Shown: positions 11,743 through 21,196 of the stretch, one piece after another
Layout of the letters: every line of letters starts with the position of its first letter
Numbering within the stretch: the first letter of the stretch is position 1
Assembly: GCF_056712565.1 (NCBI RefSeq)
Contig: NZ_JBWXXM010000003.1
DNA from: a plasmid
Direction: 5' to 3' (one strand)
Length of the DNA: 64,000 bases
Position numbers and translations under genes: made by a program
The notes under the pieces: generated by a model
What the model saw: only the letters and a program-made list of their open reading frames with translations
What the model was told of the DNA's origin: nothing
The model's database searches: none

Positions 11743-12657
11743 ATGCTCTCAATAAAAAAAGTAACCATGCTCTTGGGGTGCCTAGTCCTCACCTGCTCGA
11801 TAGCATTTCAGGCGAGTGCAGCTGAAAAATTCAAGGTCATTACAACTTTTACCATCATCGCAGATATGGCCAAAAACGTGGCGGGAGATGCTGCAGAAGT
11901 CTCATCCATAACCAAGCCTGGTGCAGAAATTCATGAGTATCAGCCTACCCCTGGCGATATTAAACGTGCGCAGGGGGCACAACTGATTCTCGCCAATGGT
12001 ATGAATCTGGAATTGTGGTTCCAACGCTTTTACCAGCATCTCAATGGGGTTCCAGAAGTAATTGTCTCTTCGGGTGTGACGCCAGTAGGGATCACCGAAG
12101 GGCCCTATGAGGGCAAACCTAACCCCCATGCCTGGATGTCGCCAGATAATGCTCTGATTTACGTCGATAATATTCGTGATGCGTTTATAAAATACGATCC
12201 GGCAAATGCACAAACCTACCAACGTAATGCCGATACTTATAAAGCCAAGATTACCCAAACCCTTGCCCCCCTGCGTAAGCAGATTGCGGAACTCCCTGAG
12301 AATCAGCGATGGATGGTCACCAGTGAAGGGGCTTTTTCTTATCTCGCACGCGATTTGGGGCTAAAAGAGCTTTATCTGTGGCCGATTAATGCCGATCAAC
12401 AAGGAACACCGCAGCAGGTACGTAAGGTTGTTGATATAGTTAAGAAAAATCATATCCCGGCAGTCTTTAGCGAGAGTACGATTTCCGATAAACCAGCGCG
12501 TCAGGTTGCGCGTGAAACCGGCGCGCACTACGGTGGTGTGCTCTATGTCGATTCCCTGAGCACAGAAAACGGCCCGGTACCTACGTATATCGACCTTCTG
12601 AAGGTTACTACCAGTACGCTGGTACAGGGAATTAAAGCCGGAAAAAGGGAGAAATAA
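11743..12657 (+). CDS. sitA: SitA, periplasmic Mn/Fe-binding protein of ABC transporter
   Basis: 304 aa with signal peptide; first gene of four-gene sit operon with overlapping stop/start codons. Confidence 0.9.
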   Translation: MLSIKKVTMLLGCLVLTCSIAFQASAAEKFKVITTFTIIADMAKNVAGDAAEVSSITKPGAEIHEYQPTPGDIKRAQGAQLILANGMNLELWFQRFYQHLNGVPEVIVSSGVTPVGITEGPYEGKPNPHAWMSPDNALIYVDNIRDAFIKYDPANAQTYQRNADTYKAKITQTLAPLRKQIAELPENQRWMVTSEGAFSYLARDLGLKELYLWPINADQQGTPQQVRKVVDIVKKNHIPAVFSESTISDKPARQVARETGAHYGGVLYVDSLSTENGPVPTYIDLLKVTTSTLVQGIKAGKREK

Positions 12658-13484
12658 TGATGCAATCTGCAGGCATTGTCGTTAATGATGTTACTGTCAC
12701 CTGGCGTAACGGGCACACAGCACTGCGCGATGCATCCTTCACAGTACCAGGCGGATCTATTGCCGCTCTGGTTGGGGTAAACGGTTCCGGAAAATCGACG
12801 TTGTTTAAAGCGATTATGGGATTTGTGCGTCTGACCAGCGGGAAGATATCTGTTCTGGGTATTCCCACACGACAGGCGCTACAGAAAAACCTGGTTGCCT
12901 ACGTCCCTCAGTCAGAAGAGGTTGACTGGTCATTTCCTGTACTGGTGGAAGATGTGGTGATGATGGGCCGCTATGGGCATATGGGTATGTTGCGTATCGC
13001 CAAAAAGAGGGATCGTCAGATTGTCACCGATGCGCTGGAACGTGTCGATATGGTGGATTTTCGCCATCGACAAATCGGCGAGCTTTCCGGTGGACAAAAG
13101 AAACGCGTCTTTCTGGCGAGAGCGATTGCACAGCAGGGTGATGTGATCCTGCTGGATGAACCTTTTACCGGCGTTGATGTGAAAACCGAAGCGAAAATCA
13201 TCAGCCTGTTGAGGGAGTTACGCGCGGAAGGCAAAACGATGCTTGTCTCAACGCACAATCTCGGATCCGTCACGACATTTTGCGATTATACGGTCATGGT
13301 CAAAGGCACCGTCCTGGCAAGCGGGCCGACAGACACCACTTTTACAGCCGAGAACCTGGAGCTGGCTTTTAGCGGCGTACTGCGCCATGTCACACTTAAC
13401 GGCTCGGAAGAAAGCATTATTACTGACGATGAACGCCCTTTTGTGGCACATCGACCGTCAGCGGTGCAGAGGGAAGAAAGATGA
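12657..13484 (+). CDS. sitB: SitB, ABC transporter ATP-binding protein
   Basis: Walker [13 protein letters not shown] signature LSGGQKKR, Walker B ILLDEP. Confidence 0.9.
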   Translation: MMQSAGIVVNDVTVTWRNGHTALRDASFTVPGGSIAALVGVNGSGKSTLFKAIMGFVRLTSGKISVLGIPTRQALQKNLVAYVPQSEEVDWSFPVLVEDVVMMGRYGHMGMLRIAKKRDRQIVTDALERVDMVDFRHRQIGELSGGQKKRVFLARAIAQQGDVILLDEPFTGVDVKTEAKIISLLRELRAEGKTMLVSTHNLGSVTTFCDYTVMVKGTVLASGPTDTTFTAENLELAFSGVLRHVTLNGSEESIITDDERPFVAHRPSAVQREER

Positions 13485-14338
13485 ACGCGCTACTGGAACC
13501 CTTCAGCTATGAATATATGCTCAATGCGATGTGGGTCTCGGCGATGGTCGGCGGTCTCTGCGCTTTCCTGTCATGCTATCTGATGCTAAAAGGCTGGTCG
13601 CTGATTGGCGATGCGCTGTCGCACTCTATTGTCCCGGGTGTTGCGGGGGCATATATGCTGGGGCTTCCGTTTTCTCTGGGAGCCTTCTTTTCCGGCGGAC
13701 TGGCAGCGGGCAGCATGCTGTTTCTTAACCAACTCACTCGCTTAAAAGAAGATGCCATCATCGGCCTGATCTTCTCGTCCTTTTTTGGCCTGGGGCTGTT
13801 TATGGTGTCATTGAACCCGACATCCGTGAACATTCAGACCATCGTCCTGGGCAATATTCTGGCAATCGATCCGGCGGATATCCTGCAACTCACTATCATT
13901 GGCATTCTCTCGATCATCGTGCTTTTTTTCAAATGGAAAGATCTTATGGTGACCTTTTTCGACGAGAATCACGCCCGTGCTATTGGATTGCATCCGGGCA
14001 GATTAAAAATCCTCTTCTTCACCCTGCTGTCGGTTTCGACCGTTGCGGCGCTGCAAACGGTTGGTGCCTTTCTGGTGATCTGTCTGGTGGTGACTCCCGG
14101 TGCAACAGCATGGTTGTTAACCGATCGTTTTCCCCGCCTGCTCATGATTGCTGTAACTATTGGCAGTGTGACCAGTTTCCTCGGCGCGTGGGTCAGTTAC
14201 TTTCTGGACGGCGCGACAGGTGGAATCATCGTGGTGGCGCAGACACTGCTGTTTCTTTTAGCATTTGTCTTTGCGCCCACCCATGGGCTTTTGGCAAATC
14301 GTCGGCGTGCGCATAAAGCGCTGGAGGATCGCTCATGA
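13481..14338 (+). CDS. sitC: SitC, ABC transporter permease
   Basis: 285 aa polytopic membrane protein; start overlaps sitB stop. Confidence 0.9.
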   Translation: MNALLEPFSYEYMLNAMWVSAMVGGLCAFLSCYLMLKGWSLIGDALSHSIVPGVAGAYMLGLPFSLGAFFSGGLAAGSMLFLNQLTRLKEDAIIGLIFSSFFGLGLFMVSLNPTSVNIQTIVLGNILAIDPADILQLTIIGILSIIVLFFKWKDLMVTFFDENHARAIGLHPGRLKILFFTLLSVSTVAALQTVGAFLVICLVVTPGATAWLLTDRFPRLLMIAVTIGSVTSFLGAWVSYFLDGATGGIIVVAQTLLFLLAFVFAPTHGLLANRRRAHKALEDRS

Positions 14339-15192
14339 TGGCATTATTACTGGAGCCACTGCAGTTCACCTTTATGAGTCACGCACTGCTGATTTCACTG
14401 GTAGTTTCCATACCCTGTGCGCTGCTGTCGGTCTTTCTGGTCCTGAAAAGTTGGGCACTGATGGGTGACGCGATGAGTCATGCGGTTTTTCCTGGCATCG
14501 TGCTTGCCTGGATTCTGGGGTTACCTCTGGCTACAGGGGCATTCGTCGCCGGAGTATTCTGTGCGGTGGCGACGGGATACCTGAAAGACAACAGCCGAAT
14601 CAAGCAAGATACAGTGATGGGGATTGTTTTTTCTGGCATGTTTGCCGCAGGTCTGATCTTGTATATTGCAGTCAAACCAGACGTACATCTTGATCATATT
14701 CTTTTCGGCGACATGCTCGGGATAACCATCGGCGATATAATCCAGACGGTGATTATTGCCGGACTGGTTACACTTGTTATTAGCGTAAAATGGCGGGATT
14801 TTTTGCTGTTCAGCTTTGATTATCAACAGGCGCAGGCAAGCGGTTTGCATACGAGATGGCTGCATTATGGGCTGCTGTGCATGGTCTCCCTGACCATTGT
14901 GGCGACGCTGAAAGCGGTAGGTATCATTCTCTCTATTTCTCTTCTCATTGCGCCTGGTGCCATTGCGGTACTCCTGACACAACGCTTTCATATTGCGCTC
15001 CTGCTGGCGACTGGCATATCGATATTGGTCTCAATGACTGGTGTCTGGCTGTCCTTTTTTATCGACAGCGCGCCAGCTCCGACAATTGTTGTCTTATTCG
15101 CGGTCATGTTCATCATGACGTTTACCGTTACCAGCATCAACGCACGCACAAAGGAAAATGCCGAACCACGGGATTTGTTATCATCCGATTAG
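14335..15192 (+). CDS. sitD: SitD, ABC transporter permease
   Basis: 285 aa polytopic membrane protein paralogous to SitC; start overlaps sitC stop. Confidence 0.9.
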   Translation: MMALLLEPLQFTFMSHALLISLVVSIPCALLSVFLVLKSWALMGDAMSHAVFPGIVLAWILGLPLATGAFVAGVFCAVATGYLKDNSRIKQDTVMGIVFSGMFAAGLILYIAVKPDVHLDHILFGDMLGITIGDIIQTVIIAGLVTLVISVKWRDFLLFSFDYQQAQASGLHTRWLHYGLLCMVSLTIVATLKAVGIILSISLLIAPGAIAVLLTQRFHIALLLATGISILVSMTGVWLSFFIDSAPAPTIVVLFAVMFIMTFTVTSINARTKENAEPRDLLSSD

Positions 15193-15659
15193 CAGAACAC
15201 TCGGCCAGCAACATCCGCTTATTGGCGATGCGCTTGAACGAATAATGCACAGACTTATGATTCTGATAAGTTTTGTTGCCAGAGAGTTGCTGCGGACTGG
15301 ATAGCAAGTAATGTCGATTCTCAGGGGTAGCAAACAGCGCAGTAAAATGAGGGAAGTAGTGGCAAAACATAGAGAAAATTGGGGGGCGAGGGCCAGTGAT
15401 GTAAAAAACCACGCTAAGAGTTTAATTAATTGTTTGTATTGAAGTTTAATGATCTTAACTCACCCTTAAGAATATCTTCCGGTAACGAAGACGTATAATG
15501 CCCCAGCATATTTATATGGCTATGTATCAGCAGCGATAATCTTGCCGGATGCTACTCCTCAGGAGTTTCTCCCGATTTGCGAAGATGTGACAACGCCTCC
15601 TGCATGTAAAGTGTGTTTCACAGCACAACCGCATTGGTCACCAGCCCCAGAGCACCTAG

Positions 15660-16094
15660 TTGATCTTCCTGCCCTTAACGGTAGCTGAAGATGACTGGGC
15701 TGGATGGAAAATCCTGCATGGTGCATTGGGAGAGCAGATAGAATTGGTTGGCGACGATCTGTTTGTGACCAACGTAAAGTATATTCAGCGCGGCATTGAC
15801 GAAAACCTTGCCAATTCAGCATTGATTAAACTCAACCAGATTGGTTCCCTGAGTGAAACCTTTGATGCGGTACAACTTTGCCATGACAACAACTGGGGCA
15901 CCTTTATCTCACACCGCAGTGGTGAGACAGTGGACAGCTTTATCGCCGATATGACAGTTGCAATGCGCGCAGGTCATCTCAAAACGGGAGCTCCATGCCG
16001 GGGTGAGCGTATTGAAAAATATAACCAGCTTATGAGAATTGAGGATGAACTGGGTTCATCGGCGCAATTTGCCGGAAAGTCTGCCTTTAAATGA
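15660..16094 (+). pseudogene. eno: enolase (eno) 3' fragment
   Basis: ...[104 protein letters not shown]... matches enolase C-terminal third; N-terminal two thirds absent. Confidence 0.8.
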
Positions 16095-16144
16095 CATTAT
16101 TGTGCCAATCCCCCAGGCTTACACGTCGGGGTTATTCTGGAGGA

Positions 16145-16363
16145 ATGATGAAAGCTCACGTTTTTGTTATTTCTATGCTTACTGGCATTGTCGTCACCTA
16201 TGCCGTGTTACTTCTTGGTTGCTTGTTCATCGATAAAACGCTCCCCACTGTAGATGTTGTCATTCTGTCACTTGTCGTGGGGGCTTCTGCTCAGCAATTG
16301 TCGAGGGTATTAATGTCAATAAATAGAACCTTCCCTTATCTTGCATGTAGTCAAAGGATATAA
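16145..16363 (+). CDS. hypothetical small membrane protein (~72 aa) upstream of crcB
   Basis: MMKAHVFVISMLTGIVVTYAVLLLGCLFIDKTLPTVDVVILSLVVGASAQQL...; two predicted TM helices; start chosen inside track ORF 16091-16363. Confidence 0.3.
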   Translation: MMKAHVFVISMLTGIVVTYAVLLLGCLFIDKTLPTVDVVILSLVVGASAQQLSRVLMSINRTFPYLACSQRI

Positions 16364-16434
16364 ATTAACAATATCAGTCAAATGAGAACATATTCTGATA
16401 TTGTTACGATAAAAAATTATTTTATGAGGGGTAC

Positions 16435-16815
16435 ATGATTAAATCACTTTTTGCCGTCATTATCGGCGGTTCTGTTGGATGTACTCTGCGCTGGTTACTG
16501 TCCACACGCTTTAACAGTCTTTTTCCAAATCTACCTCCAGGTACACTGGTGGTGAACCTCCTTGCCGGGTTAATTATTGGTACTGCGTTGGCGTACTTTT
16601 TACGACAACCACACCTTGATCCTTTTTGGAAATTAATGATAACAACGGGACTTTGTGGAGGTCTGAGTACTTTCTCTACATTTTCTGTTGAAGTATTCGC
16701 ATTACTCCAGGCGGGAAATTATATATGGGCTTTGACGTCTGTACTTGTTCACGTCATTGGCTCCCTCATCATGACAGCTTTAGGCTTTTTTATCATAACC
16801 ATACTTTTCGCATGA
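16435..16815 (+). CDS. crcB: CrcB/FluC fluoride channel family protein
   Basis: 126 aa, four TM segments, motifs GGxxGxxxR and GxCGGLSTFSTFS characteristic of CrcB/Fluc. Confidence 0.85.
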   Translation: MIKSLFAVIIGGSVGCTLRWLLSTRFNSLFPNLPPGTLVVNLLAGLIIGTALAYFLRQPHLDPFWKLMITTGLCGGLSTFSTFSVEVFALLQAGNYIWALTSVLVHVIGSLIMTALGFFIITILFA

Positions 16816-16877
16816 GAATTCATTAACGTTACAGGTTTATCAACTAATGTGACGCTTAGGATAGAATTTCGCTCCAT

Positions 16878-16938
16878 GGTATGCGTTTGCAGTCATTACA
16901 GTCTCCATGACGACTGTAATGACTGCAAACGCATTACC
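16878..16938. repeat. long near-perfect inverted repeat (~26-bp arms, 7-nt spacer)
   Basis: GGTATGCGTTTGCAGTCATTACAGTC-TCCATGA-CGACTGTAATGACTGCAAACGCATTACC downstream of crcB. Confidence 0.7.
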
Positions 16939-17194
16939 TGACATATCAGTATAAACAATGAATTAACCTCTTGGCGTATTTTTTACATCACTGGCCCTCA
17001 CCCCCCAAAATTCTCTCTGAAAAATTGTTGCGGTTAACGTTGCCAATGTATCCACCCATTTCAGAAGACGATCTGGCATCCTGGTGGCATGCTGCGATGT
17101 GCTTCAGGTGAGTGCACTGGGCGGTCAGCACAGGCGGTTTCGACAGCGAAATTGCACAGGACGTTATGCCGGCTGTGAGTACAACATCATAGCC

Positions 17195-18388
17195 TTACTT
17201 GATTGTACGGTAATGCCAAATACATGCAGACACTATGGTAAATAATACAGCGGCAAATAATGCCGTCACAATCAGCGCGATTGAGACACCTGTTTTCGAC
17301 GCCAGTGGCACCAACAATGCGCACAGCCCATAGCCAAGTGTGTGACTGGCCGCAAGCCAGCCCGCGCCTGCGCCGTCGGCCAGCTTATCATTCAGTAAAA
17401 GTTGATAAGCGGGTGTTGCCAGAGCGGCCCCAAATGACAGCACTGCACAGCCCAGGTAAAACAACCATAGCTGTTCAGTGAGCATGATAGCCAGACCACT
17501 ACTCATCAACACCCCGGCACTCAGGAGCAGAGCCACTGGAGTCAGGCGCTGTGGACGGAGTACCACGAACTGCGCGATAAGCGCAGCTATTGCGGACAGC
17601 CCCAACAACCACGCCACCTGTTGGCTAATAGTGGTGGTATCAGTATCGAACTGGCGAGTAAGGGCTGGCGAAAGTCCAAGCTGCATCATGCTCATTGCCG
17701 CAGCCAGTAACATTGCGCAAAGCAGATAAGGCAGGCAATCCCGCTTCAGGCTGACGCTCTTGCGCTCCGGTGTGGGCTGTGGTGGTGTGCCGGGCAACCG
17801 CAGAAGCATCACCACAGCCCACACCGGAGCTGCCATCAGCATCCACACTGGCGCCAGAGGGTGAATGACCAACATTGCCGCCGCGCACAGCGGCCCGAAT
17901 AGCCTGCCGCAGCTCAGGCCGGAGCTGATGGTTGCCAGAGCGGCCATGCGATTCCCTTCTCCCGCTCTCTGCAATGCCCAGACCTGACAGGCTGGCACCA
18001 TTGCTGACACGGTCAGACCGTAGACGATCCGGGCGATGATTAATATTCCCAACCCCACCGCTGTTGTTACGGCACCGGTAGCCATCAGCACGCTTCCCAG
18101 CCCAAGCAGGGTAAAGCTTACGCCATATCCTCCCAGAGCCCACAGCACCACAGTCTTACTGCCAGTAAGGGAAATTTGCTTTCCCCACCATGGGGAAGAT
18201 GGCAGAAACAGCATTGAGCCCAGCATCAGCAGGGCAGCCCATACAGACAGACTCAGATTTGTCTGTATGACCAGAACAGGGAGTACAACCAGCAGACCGT
18301 TCTGTCCGATACCGAGAAGACCGGCACTGAACGCCAGTGGCCAGCAGGACAGGGTTTTTTGGGGCGTATCTTCGATCTTAGATGACAT
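17195..18388 (-). CDS. shiF: ShiF-like MFS transporter, divergent from aerobactin operon
   Basis: 397 aa polytopic membrane protein immediately upstream of and divergent from iucA. Confidence 0.75.
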   Translation of the reverse strand: MSSKIEDTPQKTLSCWPLAFSAGLLGIGQNGLLVVLPVLVIQTNLSLSVWAALLMLGSMLFLPSSPWWGKQISLTGSKTVVLWALGGYGVSFTLLGLGSVLMATGAVTTAVGLGILIIARIVYGLTVSAMVPACQVWALQRAGEGNRMAALATISSGLSCGRLFGPLCAAAMLVIHPLAPVWMLMAAPVWAVVMLLRLPGTPPQPTPERKSVSLKRDCLPYLLCAMLLAAAMSMMQLGLSPALTRQFDTDTTTISQQVAWLLGLSAIAALIAQFVVLRPQRLTPVALLLSAGVLMSSGLAIMLTEQLWLFYLGCAVLSFGAALATPAYQLLLNDKLADGAGAGWLAASHTLGYGLCALLVPLASKTGVSIALIVTALFAAVLFTIVSACIWHYRTIK

Positions 18389-18459
18389 TGTAATGTTTCA
18401 ACACCATGTATTAATTGTGTTTATTTGTAAAATTAATTTTTCTGACAATAACATTTCTC

Positions 18460-18500
18460 ATTGATAATGAGAATCATTATTGACATAATTGTTATTATTT
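18460..18500. promoter_or_regulatory. aerobactin (iucA) promoter with Fur boxes
   Basis: CATTGATAATGAGAATCATTATTGACATAATTGTTATTATTTTAC matches Fur consensus GATAATGATAATCATTATC; just upstream of iucA RBS AGGAG. Confidence 0.85.
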
Positions 18501-18523
18501 TACTGTGTAGGAGCTGTTTGATT

Positions 18524-20248
18524 ATGATCCTGCCCTCTGAAAAATCCGCCACAGATGTGGCTGCGCAGTGCTTCCTGAATGCCTTGATTCGTGAAACCAA
18601 AGACTGGCAACTGGCGGAATACCCGCCAGACGAATTGATTATCCCGCTGGACGAACAGAAGTCGCTCCATTTCAGAGTGGCTTATTTCTCCCCAACCCAG
18701 CATCACCGCTTTGCATTTCCTGCTCATCTGGTCACGGCATCAGGCAGTTATCCTGTCGACTTTACCACTCTCTCCCGGCTTATTATTGATAAGCTCCGGC
18801 ATCAACTTTTTCTGCCAGTTCCCCTCTGCGAAACTTTCCACCAACGCGTGCTGGAAAGCTACGCCCATACGCAACAGACAATTGATGCCCGCCATGACTG
18901 GGCCATCCTGCGTGAAAAAGCGTTGAATTTTGGCGAGGCTGAGCAGGCACTGCTGACAGGACACGCTTTCCACCCTGCACCTAAGTCTCATGAACCGTTT
19001 AACCGCCAGGAAGCTGAACGATACCTGCCTGACATGGCACCTCACTTCCCGCTGCGGTGGTTTTCGGTGGATAAAACGCAAATCGCTGGTGAAAGTCTGC
19101 ATCTTAACCTTCAACAGCGGTTGACGCGATTTGCCGCAGAAAATGCGCCCCAGTTACTCAACGAATTAAGTGACAATCAATGGCTGTTCCCGCTGCACCC
19201 GTGGCAGGGAGAATATCTTTTGCAGCAAGTGTGGTGCCAGGCACTTTTTGCTAAAGGACTTATCAGAGACTTAGGCGAGGCCGGCACGTCGTGGCTGCCG
19301 ACCACCTCTTCCCGCTCCCTCTACTGTGCTACCAGCCGCGATATGATCAAGTTCTCCCTGAGCGTTCGGCTGACCAACTCCGTCCGTACTCTGTCTGTGA
19401 AAGAGGTGGAGCGAGGAATGCGCCTGGCACGTCTGGCGCAAACCGACGGCTGGCAGATGCTACAGGCCCGCTTCCCTACTTTCCGGGTAATGCAGGAGGA
19501 CGGCTGGGCCGGGCTGCGCGATCTTAACGGCAACATCATGCAGGAAAGTTTGTTTTCCCTGCGTGAAAACCTGCTGCTGGAGCAGCCGCAAAGCCAGACC
19601 AACGTTCTGGTTTCCCTGACTCAGGCCGCACCGGATGGCGGTGATTCGCTGCTGGTTTCGGCGGTAAAACGCCTGAGCGATCGCCTCGGTATCACTGTGC
19701 AACAGGCCGCCCACGCATGGGTCGATGCTTACTGTCAGCAGGTGCTGAAGCCTCTGTTTACGGCTGAAGCGGATTACGGCCTGGTGCTGCTGGCGCATCA
19801 GCAAAATATTCTTGTGCAGATGCTTGGGGATCTGCCGGTCGGATTTATTTACCGTGACTGCCAGGGCAGCGCGTTTATGCCTCACGCGACAGAGTGGCTC
19901 GATACCATTGACGAGGCGCAGGCGGAAAATATTTTCACCCGTGAGCAGTTGCTGCGCTATTTCCCTTATTACCTGCTGGTTAACTCCACTTTTGCCGTAA
20001 CTGCTGCGCTGGGTGCTGCCGGGCTGGACAGCGAAGCGAATCTGATGGCTCGTGTACGAACATTGCTGGCTGAAGTGCGTGACCAGGTGACTCATAAAAC
20101 CTGTCTCAACTATGTTCTGGAAAGTCCGTACTGGAACGTAAAAGGTAACTTTTTCTGTTATCTGAACGATCATAACGAGAACACCATCGTTGACCCTTCG
20201 GTGATCTATTTTGATTTCGCTAACCCGCTGCAGGCTCAGGAGGTCTGA
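18524..20248 (+). CDS. iucA: IucA, aerobactin synthetase (NIS synthetase)
   Basis: Start MILPSEKSATDVAAQCFLNALIRETKDW inside track ORF 18461-20248, preceded by AGGAG; IucA/IucC family. Confidence 0.9.
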   Translation: MILPSEKSATDVAAQCFLNALIRETKDWQLAEYPPDELIIPLDEQKSLHFRVAYFSPTQHHRFAFPAHLVTASGSYPVDFTTLSRLIIDKLRHQLFLPVPLCETFHQRVLESYAHTQQTIDARHDWAILREKALNFGEAEQALLTGHAFHPAPKSHEPFNRQEAERYLPDMAPHFPLRWFSVDKTQIAGESLHLNLQQRLTRFAAENAPQLLNELSDNQWLFPLHPWQGEYLLQQVWCQALFAKGLIRDLGEAGTSWLPTTSSRSLYCATSRDMIKFSLSVRLTNSVRTLSVKEVERGMRLARLAQTDGWQMLQARFPTFRVMQEDGWAGLRDLNGNIMQESLFSLRENLLLEQPQSQTNVLVSLTQAAPDGGDSLLVSAVKRLSDRLGITVQQAAHAWVDAYCQQVLKPLFTAEADYGLVLLAHQQNILVQMLGDLPVGFIYRDCQGSAFMPHATEWLDTIDEAQAENIFTREQLLRYFPYYLLVNSTFAVTAALGAAGLDSEANLMARVRTLLAEVRDQVTHKTCLNYVLESPYWNVKGNFFCYLNDHNENTIVDPSVIYFDFANPLQAQEV

Positions 20249-21196
20249 ATGTCTGGGGCAAACATTGTTCACAGCGGATATGGACTGCGCTGTGAAAAAC
20301 TCGACAAGCCTCTGAATCTTGGCTGGGGGCTGGACAATAGCGCGGTGTTGCACTGGCCCGGGGAGCTGCCAACAGGGTGGCTGTGCGACGCGCTGGATCA
20401 GATATTTATCGCCGCACCACAACTTTCAGCAGTGGTTCTTCCCTGGTCCGAATGGTATGAGGAGCCACAGGCGCTGACGCTTTTCGGACAGGTACAAAGC
20501 GACATTATCCATCGTTCCGCTTTCTGGCAGTTACCGTTATGGCTGAGTTCTCCGGCAAACCGGGCCTCCGGTGAAATGGTTTTTGATGCAGAGCGTGAGA
20601 TTTATTTCCCGCAGCGCCCCCCCCGTCCGCAGGGTGAAGTTTATCGTCGTTACGATCCACGCATTCGCAGGATGCTGAGTTTCCGCATTGCCGATCCCGT
20701 TTCTGATGCAGAACGTTTCACTCGCTGGATGAACGATCCGCGCGTTGAGTATTTCTGGGAGCAAAGTGGCTCACTGGAGGTACAGATCGCCTATCTGGAA
20801 CGCCAGCTCACCAGTAAACATGCATTCCCGCTGATTGGTTGTTTCGACGATCGGCCGTTCAGTTATTTCGAAATCTACTGGGCGGCGGAAGACCGCATTG
20901 GTCGCCACTATTCGTGGCAGCCCTTTGACCGTGGCCTGCATCTGCTGGTTGGTGAACAGCAATGGCGCGGAGCCCACTATGTGCAAAGCTGGCTGCGCGG
21001 GGTGACACATTACCTGCTGCTGAATGAGCCACGTACGCAGCGCACAGTACTGGAGCCACGCATCGATAACCAGCGCCTGTTCCGCCATCTTGAGCCTGCG
21101 GGATACCGGACAATTAAAGAGTTCGACTTCCCACATAAACGCTCGCGCATGGTGATGGCGGATCGTCATCACTTCTTCACGGAGGTCGGTCTGTAA
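20249..21196 (+). CDS. iucB: IucB, N6-hydroxylysine acetyltransferase
   Basis: 315 aa between iucA and iucC; operon position and sequence. Confidence 0.9.
   Translation: MSGANIVHSGYGLRCEKLDKPLNLGWGLDNSAVLHWPGELPTGWLCDALDQIFIAAPQLSAVVLPWSEWYEEPQALTLFGQVQSDIIHRSAFWQLPLWLSSPANRASGEMVFDAEREIYFPQRPPRPQGEVYRRYDPRIRRMLSFRIADPVSDAERFTRWMNDPRVEYFWEQSGSLEVQIAYLERQLTSKHAFPLIGCFDDRPFSYFEIYWAAEDRIGRHYSWQPFDRGLHLLVGEQQWRGAHYVQSWLRGVTHYLLLNEPRTQRTVLEPRIDNQRLFRHLEPAGYRTIKEFDFPHKRSRMVMADRHHFFTEVGL

Noticed and set aside
16340-16434. Possible fluoride riboswitch upstream of crcB
   Set aside because: crcB genes are often preceded by a fluoride riboswitch, but the AT-rich sequence here shows no match I can see to the conserved riboswitch core; not called.
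17640-18143. 167-aa ORF and other ORFs overlapping shiF on either strand (17260-17481, 17478-17729, 18036-18464)
   Set aside because: Embedded in the shiF membrane-protein gene, Arg/Gly-rich translations, no independent start signals.
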